Shown piece after piece: positions 60,822 through 64,000 of a DNA stretch of 64,000 nt (its first letter is position 1; every line of letters starts with the position of its first letter). Origin of the DNA: Patescibacteria group bacterium (GTDB taxonomy: Bacteria > Patescibacteriota > Patescibacteriia > UBA9934 > GWF2-40-263). The notes under the pieces are model-generated. The model searched no databases. It was given only the letters and a program-made list of their open reading frames with translations, and was not told where the DNA came from. The stretch covers positions 1,896 through 65,895 of the forward strand of contig JAHJAM010000023.1 of NCBI GenBank assembly GCA_018814025.1, given 5' to 3'. The translations under genes were made by a program, and so were the position numbers.

Positions 60822-61088
60822 TTATTTTCCTAAAGCATTGAGCTTTTTCATCATGCGAGACTTGTAGCGAGCCGCCGTGTTCTTTTTGAGAACGCCTTTG
60901 GCCAAAGCCTTATCAAATTTCTTTCCCAGCAACTTGGCCACTTCCGCAGCCTCGCTTTTCTTATTGGTGTCGATCAGTTTTCGAAATTTGACCCGCAATG
61001 ATTTTAGCTCTGCTTTGACTAGCATGTTGCGCCGGGCACGCTTGACGTCCTGTCGCAAAGACTTTTTTGCACTGGCTAGATTTGGCAT
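60822..61088 (-). CDS. rpsT: 30S ribosomal protein S20
   Basis: MPNLASAKK..RQ, DKA..KGV..KNTAARYKSR. Confidence 0.96.
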   Translation of the reverse strand: MPNLASAKKSLRQDVKRARRNMLVKAELKSLRVKFRKLIDTNKKSEAAEVAKLLGKKFDKALAKGVLKKNTAARYKSRMMKKLNALGK

Positions 61089-61152
61089 ATTTCTTATCTT
61101 TGAGCGTGATAATTAATAGCGTGGGCTCAGTATAGCTTATCTATCCGACTTG

Positions 61153-62268
61153 TCAATCGTTGCTACCGGGCGCCTCGATTTCCAACGGGTCCAATTCTTT
61201 TAATGTTGTGCCCTCGGTAATTCGATATATATCCTTATCGATTTTTTTCAATTCTTTTGATGAATCAGAATATGCTCGAAAAGTTGTTTCAATATGTTTA
61301 CCTAATTTATTATGGTGCTCCTCATAAGCCTTCATGTGGCGCATGAGCTGTTCGGCGTGCTTTTGAATATCTTTGACCGATTCTTCGATTTGTAGGGCTT
61401 TCAAGCCCAAAATAACCGTTTGCAGATAAGCAAAGAAAGAAGTCGGAGATACGATCATCACTCTCTTTTCAAAAGCGTATTCAATCAAGTTACGAGTATT
61501 AACCGGAACTGCTCCGACCGAAGAAGTTATTAAATTATGATAAACACCTTCGGCCGGTACAAACATAAATGCAAAATTCGTCGTTCCCTTTTCCGGTCGG
61601 ATATATTTGCTCGTCTCATCTATTCGTTTCTTCACGTCTGATTTGAATCCTTTCTCCAGTTCCGCCCGAAGGTTCGGTTCCTGTTCTTGCGAAATCTTAT
61701 TATAGTTCTCTAAGGAAAATTTTGCGTCAATCGGTATCAACATTTCTTTGACGAAGATTACTGCATCAGGAATTAGCTTCTGTCCCGTGTTCTCATCAAT
61801 CCCAAGATCATATTGCATTCGATATTGCGTAGGTTGTAAAACCTGGCCCAAAAGAGTTTCCAGCCAGAATTCTCCCAATATCCCCCGCTGCTTTGGATTC
61901 TTCAGAATGTTTTCTAAACTTTGTAGTTGCTCGGAAAATCCAAGAACCTGCTTATTGGTTTCATCTAGTTTGGTTAATTTTTCGGTCACGTCTTTCACGA
62001 TGGTCGAGGTGTGCTCAAATTGCTTCTGCATGGTTTTTGATGACTCTCCCATGTTGCGCATCAATTGATTGTTCATGTTATCGATGCGTTCTTGTATCTC
62101 GCTTCGATCCCGGTTGGTGGCTTGCATCAATTCCTTGCGAAAGTCATTCATTAAAGACACAACACCGCTCGATTCGGTCATCCCGGAAGATCGGCGCGAT
62201 ATTAAAAGGAACACGATAATGATACTTATGAGGATTAGAATACCTAACAGGATTGTTGTAAGTTCCAT
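61153..62268 (-). CDS. rmuC: DNA recombination protein RmuC
   Basis: NPKQRGILGE, PDAVI, IDAKF, FAFMFVPAEG, VSPT. Confidence 0.92.
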   Translation of the reverse strand: MELTTILLGILILISIIIVFLLISRRSSGMTESSGVVSLMNDFRKELMQATNRDRSEIQERIDNMNNQLMRNMGESSKTMQKQFEHTSTIVKDVTEKLTKLDETNKQVLGFSEQLQSLENILKNPKQRGILGEFWLETLLGQVLQPTQYRMQYDLGIDENTGQKLIPDAVIFVKEMLIPIDAKFSLENYNKISQEQEPNLRAELEKGFKSDVKKRIDETSKYIRPEKGTTNFAFMFVPAEGVYHNLITSSVGAVPVNTRNLIEYAFEKRVMIVSPTSFFAYLQTVILGLKALQIEESVKDIQKHAEQLMRHMKAYEEHHNKLGKHIETTFRAYSDSSKELKKIDKDIYRITEGTTLKELDPLEIEAPGSND

Positions 62269-62369
62269 AATCTAATGTTTACTGGTGAATTGCATTAGAG
62301 TATCATATCGCTCATAGTCAGTATAGGAAATTAGAGTCCATTAACATTTTACGACACATAAGATTAAGA

Positions 62370-62444
62370 GCCCCTGTAGCTCAACGGATAGAGCGGATCC
62401 GTCCTAAGGATAGGATGGGGGTTCAATTCCCTCCGGGGGCACCA
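62370..62444 (+). tRNA. tRNA-Arg(CCT)
   Basis: Cloverleaf, CCT anticodon, A20, CCA. Confidence 0.92.
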
Positions 62445-62696
62445 CCGAGCTGAGCTCGTTTGATGTTCACTTCCGATGGAGTCTTTTTTATTCATATCAG
62501 AACTAATTCAAGATTTGGATTGATGTACATTTAGTTTATTACTCCAAAGCATTAATTAGATATACTGTGATGTCTGACATATCCAAAGTCTGATTAAGAA
62601 TTGTATACAAAACCAAAGATTCTATCGTATCAATATTCAAAAATCCTTAATCAATATCTCGGGGGGATCGAATACAAGTGAGGTATACCAAAATCG

Positions 62697-62712
62697 AGTT
62701 CCATGTGAAACA
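62697..62712. promoter_or_regulatory. parS-like site
   Basis: AGTTCCATGTGAAACA versus parS consensus TGTTNCACGTGAAACA. Confidence 0.65.
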
Positions 62713-62760
62713 AATCAAAATTTTCTTAAGTCGTATACGTTATCAAAATACCAAAGTTAT

Positions 62761-62836
62761 GGGCCTGTAGCTCAGTTGGTAGAGCGCTGCATTCGCATTG
62801 CAGAGGTCAGGAGTTCGACTCTCCTCAGGTCCACCA
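62761..62836 (+). tRNA. tRNA-Ala(CGC)
   Basis: G3:U70, CGC anticodon, CCA. Confidence 0.95.
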
Positions 62837-63318
62837 GTAAAAACACCAGCTTAGCTGGTGTTTTTACTTATCAGCAAAATCTGAACCGTTGATGGGAAAA
62901 GAAAATATCTAAACCGTAACAATATGTATATATTGAGAAACAATAACGAATGAGTGAATACATCCGCAAACAAAATATAGTTTTGTATTCGCAACCAAAT
63001 CATCGATTACTCAACTCAGCAACTTATCAGTAACCGACATATTGGTCGCAATTCAATCAGCCGATCCTCATAAATGATTTGAAAAAAGGGAATCGAGGTG
63101 CAAATTGAATATATAATAGAACAATATAGATTGTCTAAACTAGTCTAGACAAACAAATTTTTTGGGGATAAGTCAGAGTTTTTTTCAATTTTATAGCATT
63201 TTATGTCAAATTTGAGACTTATCCACACCAGTATATCTACATTTTTTAGCTAATCTTAGCATAAAAACAACTTGACGACAATTCTTATTCATGGTATTTT
63301 GCGTGCAGGTCGAATTCT

Positions 63319-64000
63319 ATGCGTTTTTCAATTTTCACGATCATCTTTGTGGGGATCTTGACCAGTGCCTTCGTCGCACACGGTCAGATGTCTTCTACAA
63401 ATTTTGAAATCCAATGGGATTCTGTGGGAATTGGCGGAGCCGATACGAGTAGCTCTACCAACTATGAACTTCGCGATACTGGCGGCAATTCATCAATAGG
63501 AAATTCCTCAAGCACTTCCTATCAAGTTGCCTCCGGATATCGAGCCGGCATTTTCGATCAGATCATTACATTTGATGTATTCGCTCAAAACAATGCTTCA
63601 GAGCGAGCAGCTACTGGTCTGTCCGGCACCACAGTCACCACTTCAACTGCCGGATTATCGATCGGCGACCTGGTAGTTGTTGTCCAAGACAAAGGCGCAA
63701 CCCAAGTTTCAGGAATTGGCCGCATCGCTTCAATCGGTGCTGGAACCATCATCCTGGATGAGCTTAAAGACAGCGGCACAACTCCAGTGTTCGACGGTTC
63801 CAATGATTATGTCTACCGGTTGTCCGGCACCTCTGCCAATCTGGGTGACATTGTCACCTCAGCCATTAGCACTTCTGTCATCGGTTTTGATGTATCCGCG
63901 GATTTGGATGGGGGATACGTGATTCAGGTTTATGAAGATGGCAATCTGCGCGATGGAGCCAATGATATAAATGATGTAGCTGACACGGCCGTCTCTACCG
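63319..64000 (+). CDS. Secreted Ser/Thr/Gly-rich surface protein, partial (runs off the window; not in the ORF track)
   Basis: My translation MRFSIFTIIFVGILTSAFVAHGQMSSTNFEIQWDSVGIGG... is open to the window end; signal peptide; TTGACG-17-TATTTT promoter. Confidence 0.8.
   Translation, partial: MRFSIFTIIFVGILTSAFVAHGQMSSTNFEIQWDSVGIGGADTSSSTNYELRDTGGNSSIGNSSSTSYQVASGYRAGIFDQIITFDVFAQNNASERAATGLSGTTVTTSTAGLSIGDLVVVVQDKGATQVSGIGRIASIGAGTIILDELKDSGTTPVFDGSNDYVYRLSGTSANLGDIVTSAISTSVIGFDVSADLDGGYVIQVYEDGNLRDGANDINDVADTAVST

Overview
Origin-proximal segment of a bacterial chromosome. Gene content and architecture point to a Patescibacteria (CPR) genome, Parcubacteria-like, using standard code 11; this is inference from the tandem VirB2-like pilins, Gmad2/GerMN proteins, rpsO-NYN-pnp order and SD-less core genes. 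Core genes: dnaA, dnaN with an oriC-like spacer, rpmH-rnpA-yidD, tig, hppA, rnhB, uppS, comM-like, lspA, dksA-like, pnp, rpsO, xer, rpiB, polA, holA, rpsT, rmuC. Envelope genes: Wzx, O-antigen ligase, galU, PBP1A, SpoIID, LysM-M23, 3D, DsbA. There is also a VIT1-IscS-IscU-ferredoxin-reductase operon and six tRNAs. Most notable: (1) an ORF-less, promoter- and terminator-bounded ~375-nt structured RNA candidate at ~40.78-41.16 kb next to a DnaA-box cluster; (2) dispersed self-contained orphan-gene units with TTGACA promoter, GGAGG RBS and own terminator, several with structured leaders, unlike the near-leaderless core genes; (3) short palindromes with fixed cores and variable arms (GC-TNA-GC, TCAA-flanked hairpins at -35 boxes, an inverted promoter duplication); (4) a five-pilin array coupled to an orphan solute-binding lipoprotein; (5) a presenilin-like protease. 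No CRISPR array, rRNA, transposase or prophage was seen. All calls are by-eye motif recognition; no searches were run.
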